Shown here: positions 23,353 through 36,020 of the stretch, one piece after another
How the letters are laid out: every line of letters starts with the position of its first letter
Numbering within the stretch: position 1 is the first letter of the stretch
DNA from: Microthyrium microscopicum
Lineage: Eukaryota
NCBI GenBank assembly: GCA_010405405.1
Contig: MU004238.1
Span: 73,530-137,529, forward strand
DNA: 64,000 nucleotides
Direction: 5' to 3'
Translations under genes and position numbers: made by a program
Notes under the pieces: generated by a model
Told to the model about the DNA's origin: nothing
Databases searched by the model: none
What the model saw: the letters and a program-made list of their open reading frames with translations, nothing else

Positions 23353-26055
23353 TAGTGATGTACCAAATGTCTGAGGGTATTACCGTTCTACCGCCAAGAC
23401 GCTAAAATAGCAAATTCTGGAGTAGCACCCTAACGCTAAATAATTAGATTATATTTAAACTACTTTTATTAAATTAATATATATGATAATAACTAACTTT
23501 TTGGTGTTCTAAATAGCTCTAAAGCTCCTCTTGTGAGTTTTGAGTCTCCGCCTGTGAATTCGTCACGAATTGTAATACTGCGTCCATGGCTTGCTGAGTG
23601 TTCTCTTCGCTGAACTGGCCTTCCTCTTATATAATACCTTTATCTTTAACAACGTCTATCTTGGTGAGATTTGAAGCATATCGCTCGTAAAGAAGCTTAT
23701 CTAAATCGTCTTCTTTAGTAGTATTTAGGTTATACTAAGTCCTTGGCTTGAAGGCAGCCCTAATGTGATAGGCCTGTAGTGAAATTGTGCTTAATTGATT
23801 GAGCTTTATACCGTTTATGAAGCAAAAGGTTAGCTTATTGTAATGCTTGAGTGAGAGGTTAGTTCTTTAAGGATTCTGGACTTATAAGGTTGCTGAAAAT
23901 GCTCTTTCTAATGGTATAGAGTTAGTGGTTGTCTTAAATAACCTAATAGCGATAATGGCAAGCTCTGAAGCTATAGATTTGACTGATTCCTAGAAGTTTA
24001 GTGGTTCTGAATGTATCTAAGGGCTAGGTTGATTAAGAGAGGTCGTAAAATAGCCCTGTTGGTTCTTAAACGCGCGGAATTGTATAATTATATTTCGCTG
24101 TAGCATTTTTGCTTTATTCTTTACCTCTTTTGAAGAGGAAGAGGGTGTAGCGAGCCTGACTTTAAGGGCTTGAATTGAAGCATTAAAAGTATCTTGAGAA
24201 AGATCTGAAGACACTGTAGTTGGATCTAAAGCTAAAGTAAGATGGTTATTGTTAGTAATCTGTTGTTTTAGGCGTATGTTGAGATGTTGAAGAAGCTGAG
24301 CCTGAATACGCTGAATATCGCTAATTTCTAGGTACTGTTGAGTGATCTGTCGCTAGGTAGTTTTAACCTTAGACTAGCCCTTAATTGTGCGTCCTAGATA
24401 ATACTGAAGTCCTTCTGAAGCGACCTAAACGTCGTGAAGAGGCTCTAGGATAGTAGAGAGGAAGCGTATATTATGCTAGAACTGAGGGTTCTTTAATCAG
24501 TTAAAAATTACCTTATTGGAGTCCTTCGCTGCAAAAGTTGAGCCTGGAATAGGTGTGTTTCTAGTAAAAGTATCTAGAGCTAGTTGACTACGAAGAACTG
24601 ATCTCATTGTGCTAAATTGAGTCCCTTAGCGAGTAATTACTAATAAACTAAACGCGTAAGTCCTCTTTAATATCTTCTTTTGAAATCTACGAAGTTGAGC
24701 GAAGTGTAGATTCCTGGATTTGAACTAGATAGCGACTTCTTGGATCTCGCCTAGAATGAGCTCTAGAGAAGGGATTTCCCTTAAAATATCCTTTATTAAG
24801 AGCTGAAGACTGTGAGAATTATATAGGATGAAAGAGTAGTGTTTGAGGATTTGATCGTTATGCTTTTTGAGCAAATCCATTACGGATCGCATAGTTAGAT
24901 AGGTGTCAGAGCTGATTGAGTTTACTCTTAAGAGGTTGTCGTTGGTCTAATAATCGAGCCGTTTAAGGATAAGTGAAGCTAAATTCACGGCGTTTGCGCT
25001 CTCTCCTTTAAGATTAATGTTCTTAAGGAAGAATCTACCTAGACTAGGTATAATAACGCTAAAATTGGCTATCCTAAGACCTTTTCTATTACTGCTTTCG
25101 TCTATAGAGAAGTTGAGATAACGCTGTTTATCTAATAAGCGCTTGAGATTCTAGAGATCTTTAGCATAAAGCTAATCTAATAGCGGCACCATCTGAGTTC
25201 TTCCTAGAGGCGAGTAATTAGGTAATCTCGCTAGATTTGCTAATATCCTTTTATGTTTCTAGGTAGTAGGATGATATACTTTGTCAAAAGTGCTTAGTAG
25301 TAGGCCCTTATGGGTAATGCGCTTCACGCATTAAAGATCCTATTCAATTCTAGTGTTTCTGTGTGAATTACTAGAGGCTCCTGGCTGTAAAGGGGCTTGT
25401 AGATGCACATCTGTAGGCTGAAGTTGACCCTCTTTAATTGAGTGCTGTTCTATTCTTGTAAGATATTCTATGTAACGTTGAGGATAGTGATGATATATAT
25501 AACGCTAAGGGGCGCATTCTGTAAGAAGGATCTAGTTTGCTAGAATAGCAGCCCTTCTTTGGGGTGTTCTGGGAGGAATTCAGGTTATTTTTAGTGTCAA
25601 AATAGTTTAGTAACTAATGGCTAAAGATTAAGAAATTGCGGTGTTCTAGAGGTAGAATAACTTTGCTTAAAGTGCTTTGTTTACGACATATAAATATATA
25701 TCTTGAAGGGCAAGAGACGACGAACATATATGTCTTGATTTCATAATATTTGCATTTTTTTTAGTTATAGTGGAATATTCACAAGATTATTATTATCTAG
25801 CTGAATGGAAGATTTGGAGAAGATCTGGAGGTGTCGTTGACATCTGGCGAGCTGAAGCTAAAACTGCCTATTGGTAGATTACGTCGCTAACCCTAAAATA
25901 GCTAAAATATCTGTATTAGAAGCTAGATTTATTAGTTATTATGTAAAACACTAATTAGATGTGTAATACTGAGTGGTAGAAGGTATTACATTTATTACAT
26001 GTGGTATTATGTAGTGGAGAGGTCTACCGTAATACTGCGTATACGTGTATCACTA
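23353..26055 (-). mobile_element. Full-length hAT DNA transposon, RIP-inactivated
   Basis: 8-bp TSD GTCGTGCC (23345-52, 26056-63) and termini TAGTGAT..ATCACTA. Decayed transposase motifs on the minus strand: SIDESSN (~25100), YNSHSLQLLIKDIL (~24800), TR*GTQF (~24625), ELAIIAIRLF..NSIPLERAFS (~23894-23970). AT/TpA-rich with many stops. Confidence 0.93.
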
Positions 26056-29000
26056 GTCGTGCCTGCAGAAATACATCCTTGTCTCGACTCTCCCTAGAGC
26101 AAGTCTAACAAGTGCTAGACACCAAACCACCTGGCAGGCTGGCACCAGTTGACCATCCACACCTTTACACAAGAACCAGGAGTATCCAAGTCTGGTCTAG
26201 ACCAATAAATGTTTGGATTTACAACTGGCTTCAGCCTTTAGGATCTAAGGATTCAGGCTCTGAAAGCTGTGCGTCAGTCTGTGCAGTAACCAGACAGTTG
26301 CGGCACTGTATCTGCACCTCATCAGGAGCTTTTTGACCTTGAAAGTCTTGATTGTGCGCTTAACGTTTATCGACAACTGATGACGCCCCAAACAACGCGG
26401 TAGAGTACGCCGTACGCGATTTGATAGAGTAGTCCTAAAAGAAAAATGATATCGACTTCTCTACTGTCCCGAGCCTTCAACACCCAACAACCTCACCCTC
26501 AAACCAAACTATACATCTCACAAACCCCTTTGCTTTGAACCACACGGAGGAGTAGATATTTAGTCGCCGTGAACCCTCAACGGAGTACTCTACTCTCCCT
26601 CGTCCATCCATCTAGCAAGGGACGTGCCATATGCAAAGGCCAAAGGGATTTAAACTCTATACATGTACAAACGCCGAACAATATCACTTTGTGCCTTAAT
26701 ACACATCCGACCGTTGCACCTCTACTGTAGCCTTGTAGTCAACAAACCATCAACTTCAAACTCTCTCCGAGTCTCAAAACACAACACACGAACCTAGGTT
26801 CCCACACACTAACATCGTGTATTCGTGTTCCCCATCAATTACTGTAGCATAAATCCTAGTCTCATACACTGGCAAGTTGCTTTTTTGCCTTGCAACTCGC
26901 CTTGATACAAAAAAAAGGACCTGACCATTACCATTATTTCTCCACCCACGCCGCCGGATAAGCGCGACGCCTTTTACCCATCGTTCTTTGGTCCCGTTTT
27001 TTTCCTACTGCAAGGTCCCGTAAAAAAAATAGACAGGACATGGATATGGTAGTCGGCCGTCTGCATACATTCAACTTGGGGTTTCAGCAGCGAACCTGCT
27101 TGCCTGTTGCACGCGCAAAGAACTTACTCGCCGTCATGCGTTGCACGCCCCGACGAGCATCAAAAGTGTGTCTTGCGGTGACCTGCAGGGCGTTTGCTGC
27201 TACAGATCGTTGCAACGGCCTTCCCGGGCCAAGAGAACCCATCGCCAGGGATTTTCCTTGTGTCCACTGTCTTGCTACCGCCGAGCTTTGGGAAAGACAG
27301 AGAAACACACAAGCTACCTTGTAAGGTCCCAGCAGTCAAAGCAAGTGGACATGGGCCTTGAAAGCCAATTGGATTACAAAGGGCAGGTTCAGGAGGTTCT
27401 GCGATGCGCTCTGAGAAAACACCAGCTCGAGCAGAGACAAATCAATTGGATCGGGCTTGACGCGGGTTTTGGACAGGGATTGTTCTTGTGCCGCGTGCTG
27501 AGAGCCTGAGAGGCCCGCTTGTGCCCGTTTTTGGCTGTGAGCTTGTCCTGACTGGCTGTCTCTCGACAAGTCCCACCACACCCTCTCAGAGTCTCGACAG
27601 AGAGTCGTTTTTTGGAGCGCCGCTGATGTTCTTCTTATGCTTCTTTTCGTCCTTGATAGGTCTCGGCTAGTCCCGTTTGCCTAACTCTAAAGTTCGCCAT
27701 CGCCATCAACTACCTCTCTTGGACTTTCTCATTTTGGGCAATGAACCAACAGCGTTGCAAACACGTTGATTTTGCTCTAGTTTGTGGGGGCGATGGCCTT
27801 GTCAGCACTTGAAGCTCTGTGCATGCCGATTTGCTTAGGAAGCTGTACTATCATGCAGGAACCGCATGAGGCAGCTTTGAAACCTCGTTTGTGGATCGCC
27901 TTGATCGCTTGTCTAATGCCTACTGGTCACTACACTCCATTCCCCAAGACATATTCGCGTGTCTGCCTTCTCGGGGTGTCCTATCTTCAGCCCAAGATCG
28001 CCCAAACGTGTTCGTAGGAGGTTAGGATCGCAGCCTTGTGGTGTTTAAATGCCATTCATTCTTTATGTTTAGTACATGATTGGTTACCGACTAGCTGCAC
28101 AGGATAACTGTCGCAAGACAATTGTACGCCAAGCTTCGATTCTATGAATCCACTTGTAGACTTTATGTTACGTTAAACAGAAGTCTGCCTTGCAATGCCC
28201 AGAGCCTAGATCAAGGACTCAAAGCACCAATGGAAATGGTAGAACAGAGCTATCCAAAAGATCTATGATTCGTTCAGTTTACTCTGTCTATACTAACAAA
28301 CTACTTCATCTATAGTATGAGTGAGGGCAAAGAGGCCGAAGACCGAGACGGGACCTCGATATTGATCCACCCATTACTTCCCCATCACTACTACCTACGC
28401 TCTGACATGTCAAAAGACATCCTCGGGATATCTGACCATCGTTCACCGGAATGACATTCCCATCAGGGAGTGATCTCCCGTCAGCCCTGTTTCCCGTCTT
28501 GCCCGTTGCTCAACAGCGGGCCGAACAAAGTATATGAACAAAACTCTTGTTTCGACAATTAAAAAGTCCAATAATTAACCTGTCCAGTTCGGCATATAGT
28601 TTTGTAACCAAACGATGATTTCCCCACGATCACCTTGTACCGCAAATCCTCTGAACTGAACGGACCTGGTTCATAATCCTGAACCAATAGAGCTTGTCGT
28701 TTTTACTAGCAATGCACCTGGTCACCGTTACCATCCTTGAATATTGATCATATTTTTTTTCAATAGTCCTCTGCTTGCTCCGCATTGAACCATGAACGAA
28801 ACAGATCAATGAGCAGGGAATACCCTTTTAACTTGCATTTCTCTGGGATGTAGTAGGAATTGGGGACCATGCGGGCACATCAATTGTCAATTGTCGTGGC
28901 AGATGCAGATGCAGCCACGTCTATGCTACTACTACATCGCCATGACTAGTGGTAGACATTCATGCTGTCTCCAGTACACTCTGTATCGAGATCTGTTCGT

Positions 29001-30703
29001 TGTAATTTCGTAGGAGTGACGGTAACGCAAGATTTTTAAGCCACATCTTACGTCTGTATATTCTTGGCAATGAAGCATATTGGAAATCATGGTTTGGTAA
29101 ATCATCTCTGGCAAAGGATTAGATATGGCCAAATCATATATTCACTGCATGAGTTCTATATCCTCTGCGTGATATGAAAACCCAATGATAGAAAAAGTTA
29201 CAGTGTTTCCATCTGTTCCATCCTAGACCTATTGAATATTCTCCACAACCGATATATCAAAACTCAGTATTTATGATGTGATCATTGCGCTCCCAGTTGT
29301 ATACATTCTTTGCTGGCATTGAGCATTGATGGTTAAACCCAGCAACACATCAACTAGCCACCAATCTCTTTGCCAAACCAGGGTCAAGTTAATATGTCCA
29401 GCACTATTCTTCAAGCACTTGTCATCTCCCAAAACACGAGGAACTTATGACGCTAGGGATTCTGTTACATTGAAACCGCCTACTTTCTTCCACAGAGAGC
29501 TGTCTTGGTAGGTTATGTTTGAGACTATCATCGGTTATCATGGTGTTGTTAGGCTGTAGGAAGCATGGCATCAGGTATACCAATGTACAAGTCCTTGAGA
29601 TCTCATGTTCCTGGTCTTTCATGGCGGGAGGAATTGATGCCGGCGTGCATATATGCTGTGGCTGAACTGTTTCGAGTTGCTCAGCATCACGATCTGCGGA
29701 AGACATACTGGCCAGGATTGTGGTTCCTGGTTTTGGAGCTTACGACCGTGAGTCAGTGCAATAAGCCACAATGCGTTATAGAGAGCGGTTTAGGGGAAAG
29801 CATAAGACGCATCATATTACGGGACATCATAATACGAATTTTGTGGTTCATGGATGGAGATCATCGGGGTGGGATGCACAAATCTAACATCATGTAGCAT
29901 TCCTTGTAACTAATCGACTTGTCTTTGCCCTCTTTTCTTGACTGTAACAATAACATGTTTCGTAGGCACACCGCTTGACTTGCACGATTGCATCGACGGG
30001 TCTTCGTCCCGATCTTGCCAAAGTGATTCTTGCGCCAAAGGAATCATGCTAAAGTGATGAAGAATAGGGCAATTCAAACGCTTCGAGTCACTCACTGTTC
30101 AACCATCCGTCATCTTGACTGACTCCGAAAGATCAAGGAGTTTCTTCTTCATTCTTCAGTGCCCCGCTGTGTAAACAATCCATTGACGACATATAGACCG
30201 ATCTTGCCGAGAGCCGCGGCCGGGCGGCCCTCTGTCTACTTCAGCTAGAGGGCTTTTAAGCTTACCGTCATCCAGTAATGACCAAGGGTAATGGACATAA
30301 ATCCCGGATCGTTCGATTGTGCAGTGGCTTAGTTAGCGGTTGATTAATCTGCGTGAAGCAAGAGATGTGTGTCAGATTTCGTTATTGGTTGAGTTATTGA
30401 TCGGTTGTGTTATCGGTTGTGTTATTGGAAGGGCCAAGAGATTCCAAAGAGATTCCAAAGAGACGGTGAGAAGCACGGTCTAGTAAGGAGTCGGGCCGGA
30501 TAGTTCGTTTGGCTAGGGTGGATTGTTCTGTGCGATTGTTCTCTTGTCTATCTGATACTAGATCTTGTGGGGTGATTGAGTATGTGTGGGATTTGCGCCG
30601 TGCTCGCATAGATGATAGAGATGCCTAGGTAAGTTTTTGGAGGAATGCTAGGCAACAGGTATGAGATTTTTGGAAGTGATATTAGGGTTCAAGGTTGATG
30701 GTT

Positions 30704-31900
30704 CTAGGAATATTGGAGAATTTTTCGGCCGTTGGGGATGTTGAGATCGAGAATTGATAGGTTTTCTTTAAGCTCTGTGGTGATGATGTCGTTCTTCGAG
30801 TCGGTGACTGTTTGACCTTTAGTCTGAGCAAATGTTGAAGATCTGTTTGCAGAGTTTGGTGTGTAGAACTCGTCTAGGATTGGATGTATCATTACGGTCT
30901 GCTTGTGTATGGTGAGCATAGAGTTGACTGGCACCGTAACCCAGCTATCTGTAATGTATGTCAGTGGGTGTTTACTGATTCAAGAAGTGAAATGCATACC
31001 TCTTTCGAATGTTAGCGGCTCACTGGCCACTAGAACCACATCGGCTCCCTTGTCTCTACGCTCTACCTTGTAGTCTTTGACACCATTCTTTTCGTCCTCT
31101 GATTCTGCCCAACAAGTACCACTGGACCAGAACAGGCTGGCAGGAGCATCGACCTTGCTGTTCACATACCTTGTACAGATAACACTATGTCCATCCGTGA
31201 CAGCAAAGTTGAGAAGACTTCTCCTATCCTCATTGCCGAGATCTCTGGAGGGAACAGCAGCAATGAGCGCGTTGATCCGCTCGATGGTCTCCAACATCGC
31301 TCCACGCAAGACATCGTGTCCCAGGCCGCCTGGTGGCATAACCTGCTCCGGGTCAAGACCCTTCTTTTCCAGGCAGTCCAGGAAGATGGCAAATGCCCAC
31401 TCGCTATCAGTGCCTCCTTTGACGAAATTGAACCAGCGATCCGAAAGTCCCATGGCCAGCGCCTTTTTAATCTTATTCCAGGCGCCAATTCCTCCATTGT
31501 GCATCCACATGATGGCTCCACACCAAAAAGGATGGCAATTTTGCTCGCTGAGGTTGCCTTCTGTACTGGCTCGTACATGCGCAAAAATGAGTGAGGACTG
31601 CGTTTTGCTGGCTAATCTCTCAAGGTTGAGGCAGTTCCATGCTGGGATGGTTGACTTGAATACGCATGGTTCGGGACCTAGATCTGGATTCTCGGTATAG
31701 TGACCTATCCCAAAGCCGTCACCATTGTGAGGCCTGCGCGGGTCCAGGCGAAGGCGACAGTCGAAGGACTGATGAAGAATGGAGTGTGATGGCTTGAGTA
31801 TTAGCGATGACAATAATATTGGCGAAGAGCCTTTGTAGACCTGTATGGATCAGTATCCGCTTCCTCAGGTCAACTTTGAACCTACAAGAAATCGGCACAT
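30704..31900 (-). CDS. DUG3: Class II glutamine amidotransferase, glutathione degradosome subunit
   Basis: MCRFL|VYKG N-terminal nucleophile Cys, NGDGFG, FAHVRAST, NCHPF, MHNG, GGTDSEWAF, LLNFAVTDG, ASEPLT. Introns 31841-31885 and 30949-30999. Confidence 0.93.
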
Positions 31901-32677
31901 CTTTCTTTTGGATAAGCTTGGAGTTAGGTTTCTGACGCAGGCGCAGGAGCTTTATATAAGAATGTCTGGCTGACGACGAAGTCTGGGTCTGGTGACAAAG
32001 GAGTAGAGAGAATGACAGATGTGAGGTGAAACTCAGATGATATGTACGGTTTCAAAGGATGAGCGGTAACAATTCTATGCTCAGGGAATGTTGTGGAGAG
32101 ACAATGGACTATTCGGTGAGCTCACACCGTCTTTGATGTCGTGCTTCAATACAACCGGTGCCCTTCTCCGGGGGCGTCCGTTCGATAGCTCTGGATAACT
32201 TGATAGGAAAAATGGATTCGATATGAAAAATGGTTCATCCTACAGGCTTTGTCTAATAGTTTAAAAGAGAGTTGCTCTGAGATATATCTTGAAGTGAGCA
32301 TCAAAAGTCAAATTGTCCGTGCGTCGTACAGATTCGCCATTCTCAACAGCCTTGCCGCATTGTCTTAGGAGACTTGGGTGGCATCTAGAATCTCTTCAAC
32401 ATTATTTCGAGACTATCTTTGGTACAGATCTTCAAAGTACACCCAAACAATTCGGAGGGGACCATGGATGGGAGGGAAGTTTTGCTAGTTTAGTTAGCGA
32501 GCCTGTATTTACAGCCGCCCACGTGATGCGCGTCATTTTTGGCGCCACTCCAACCAGTGCGCGACTTCAGATCATACACATCGCTGTCCAGGTTATCAAG
32601 TCCAGTCCTAATCACCAACACGTCGACCGCCAGAAATCCTATATCCATTTACACAATCCGAGAACCCTAATGTCGCA

Positions 32678-35519
32678 ATGACAAGTCGAGTGCTTTTTGC
32701 ACGCCTCTCCCCTCTCGCCCGTCGCCATGCTTACCAACTACGACCAGCCATTGCGCGGTCAGTCGCCCCGCGCTTCAACTACTCCAATGTACCAGCTGCG
32801 CGGGCAATATCCTTTGCACGCGTGCTGCCGAAGCTTTTCAGCAAGTTTGCGACGTTAGGCGCGGTCGGGGGAGGAGCTACAATTGCTGGCATGGTCTACA
32901 TCCAAAATCAGGCATCAGCGGGAGTAACATATATTTCCGATCTTTTCAACAAAACAAAGACTGGAGCGGAGAGCGTGGCCGGCGAAGTCTATGGTGGAGC
33001 TTCTGATACAGTAAGCCGGCTACAAAGAGGCTGGCTAGCAACGAAAGATAAGATAGAAACGCCGCAGTGGTTGCAAGATATCCTTGAAGGCAAAGATGCA
33101 GGCGTGGGAGGGTCGAGACAAGACAAAGGCTCGCCTGAACCTGAGGGAGAGCCACCAAAGCAAAGTGGAGCTGGTCCGGCTGCCGCAGGCGCTGGTGCTG
33201 CAGTGGCTTTTGGCTATAATTCGGATGACGAAGGAGATGAGAAACAACAAGAAAGAATTGCTCGAGACGATCAAATGATGCTCTTGACCAAGAAGATGAT
33301 CCAGATACGGAGTCTCTTACAATCAATTGGCCAGTCAGAATCACTTACGTTGCCATCAATCGTTGTCATTGGATCCCAATCATCTGGAAAGAGTTCTGTC
33401 CTGGAAGCCATAGTTGGGCACGAGTTTCTGCCAAAAGGCAATAACATGGTTACTCGAAGACCTATTGAACTTACTCTGGTCAACACTCCCAATGCGCAAG
33501 CTGAATTTGCCGAATTTCCTGCCATGGGACTAGGACGGATCACCGATTTTTCACAGGTTCAAAAGACACTTACAGATCTCAACCTTGCAGTTCCTGCTGA
33601 GCAGTGTGTATCAGACGAACCCATTCAACTGCAAATATACTCACCAAATGTTCCCGATCTTTCGTTAATAGATCTGCCAGGCTATATTCAAGTCACTGGA
33701 ATGGATCAACCTCCGGAGCTAAAAGAGAAAATCGCTGCATTGTGTGAGAAGTATATTCAACCACCTAATGTCATCTTAGCCATATCAGCTGCTGATGTGG
33801 ATCTTGCCAATTCGACCGCACTTCGAGCAAGTAGACGTGTTGACCCGAGAGGAGAACGAACCATTGGAGTCATCACTAAGATGGATTTGGTTGATGCCAA
33901 TCGAGGTCTCAGTATGCTCATGGACAAAAAGTACCCACTCCGTCTTGGATATGTTGGTGTCGTATGTCGAGTACCAACTTCCGGCGCTACCATGCTCTTC
34001 AATCGAGGCAACAGCAACATTAGTGATGCTGTCGTCAAGAACGAAAAAGCGTACTTCTCATCACATCCGGAATTCGCGCCCAATTCGCCCGTGTCAACTG
34101 GCACTTTGACGCTTAAACAGAAGCTAATGCATGTTCTCGAGCAAACAATGGCCTCCAGCCTAAAGGAAACTAGTGAAGTCGTTCGACAGGAGCTCGCAGA
34201 GGCAACATACGAATTCAAAGTTCAGTACAACGATCGTCCGCTATCCGCAGAGACATACCTCGCTGAGAGCTTAGATTCATTCAAGCACTCCTTCCGTGGT
34301 TTCGCCGACGACTTTGGTCGAGAACAAGTACGAGCACTCTTGAAGCACGAATTGGATCAACAAGTACTCAACATTCTTGCACAAAAATACTGGAATAGAC
34401 CACTTGAAGACATAACGCCCCCATTGCCTGAGACTGATCCACTTACCGACCTACCTAAAGCCGATCCTGAACATCCCCTATGGCACCTAAAGCTCGACAC
34501 TTCAACCTCCTCTCTTACCAAGCTCGGAATCGGGCGTCTTGCTACAACAGTTGTTGCAGCTTCTCTCCAGACTCATATTGACAGTCTCATCGGCAATTCT
34601 ACCTTTGCTGCCCATCCTTTCGCCAGACAGGCCATCACAGAAGCATCAACCAGCATTTTGCGGGATCTTTCTTATGATATTGCGGACGAACTTGAGATCT
34701 GCGTCAAGCCTTACAAGTATAGAATACATTTGGAAGACTCAGAGTGGTCTAAAGGCAGGGAAAACATTTCCAAAGTGCTGAAGAATGAATTAAAAGACTG
34801 TGAGAATGCTATCAAATATGTAGAGGACCAAGTTGGTGGCAAGCGGAAGCTACGAGATGTCATGGGTTTTATCGACCGAGTTCGCAGTGGACAGGTGGTG
34901 CTCGAAGGAAATGGTGTGGGTGGAGCAGGCGGTTTCAGTGCTGCTTTGCTCACTAAAGGTTTGTTTTGTTATCTTACCCCTTTCTCCATAACCAAGTTCT
35001 AACAACTTTCCAGGACGCGAAGCTGTATTCCTTCGAGACCGCGCTGGTATAATTCGACTACGCCTAACAGCAGTCAAGTCGAAGCAGTGCGCATCGAAAA
35101 ATAACAAATACTACTGCCCTGAAGTGTTCTTGGATGCCGTGGCAGACAAACTCACCACTACTGCCGATCTCTTCTTGGATGCAGAAATGCTCTCAAAGTT
35201 CTACTACAGCGTAGGTCTTCCCACTAACCTGGATAAAATGCACAATCTCTAACCTCAGCACTAGTTTCCACGAGAGCTAGACACGAGGCTCGGTCGCTCA
35301 TTAACGAAATCAGACATCGAGCGATTTGCTCGCGAAGATCCCAAAATCAAGAGACATCTCGACGTCGTTCGAAGAAAGGAGCTTCTAGAGCACGTGCTGA
35401 AAGAAATGGAAGGCTTGAGGCAATTGGAAAACGGAGCACGAGTGAGAAGTGGTCGACGCCCGCGTTCCGATAGTGGTGAATCTAGCCAAAAGCGCGGCTG
35501 GGGAGTATTTAGTAGATAG
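32678..35519 (+). CDS. MGM1: Mitochondrial dynamin-like fusion GTPase Mgm1/Msp1
   Basis: Arg-rich presequence, then GSQSSGKSSVLE, MVTRRP, DLPG, TKMD. Introns 34959-35013 and 35211-35264. Confidence 0.96.
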
Positions 35520-36020
35520 CAATCCGTGCATTGGTAGTGTTTTTGTAGTACTGGCGTTTCTGGATGAACGATACCAGGTCGGGATATAGCAGCAGGACTA
35601 GTCGCAGCTCCTTGTATGATGAAGATAGAATGCAACCACGCAGCTCTTTGTTACTTCTGTCAGCGCACTGTGTCCGCTCTTGTGGATGGCTGAAGTATAT
35701 GCGAACTAGACATAAAGTGTGGTTGTGCTCGACTCCCTTTTATGCGATGGATACGTTAAATGATGTCGTGAACTGATTCAATATTCTCACTGTGAAGCTG
35801 CCTGTAATGTGCATTATTCATTCGTAGGTGTTTGCGCTTTCAATGAAGCTCTCCTCTTCTCCTTGCCATTGGCAACCCTTTTCCACCTTAATCCATACAC
35901 TGGCGCTTCCAACGAAGCTGGTCTGTTCTTCTTACAAATAACCTGGCTTGTCCCCTTTTGATTCGTGCTTTCAGAGGAAGCTGCTCTCTTTTTGTTCCTC
36001 AAAAAAGCCCCCCAGTCCTA

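Noticed and set aside
30400..30462. Two short tandem duplications (12 bp x2, 11 bp x2)
   Set aside because: Ordinary slippage repeats, not an array.
31077..31700. 207-aa antisense ORF in DUG3
   Set aside because: Antisense to a conserved gene and has a non-ATG start.
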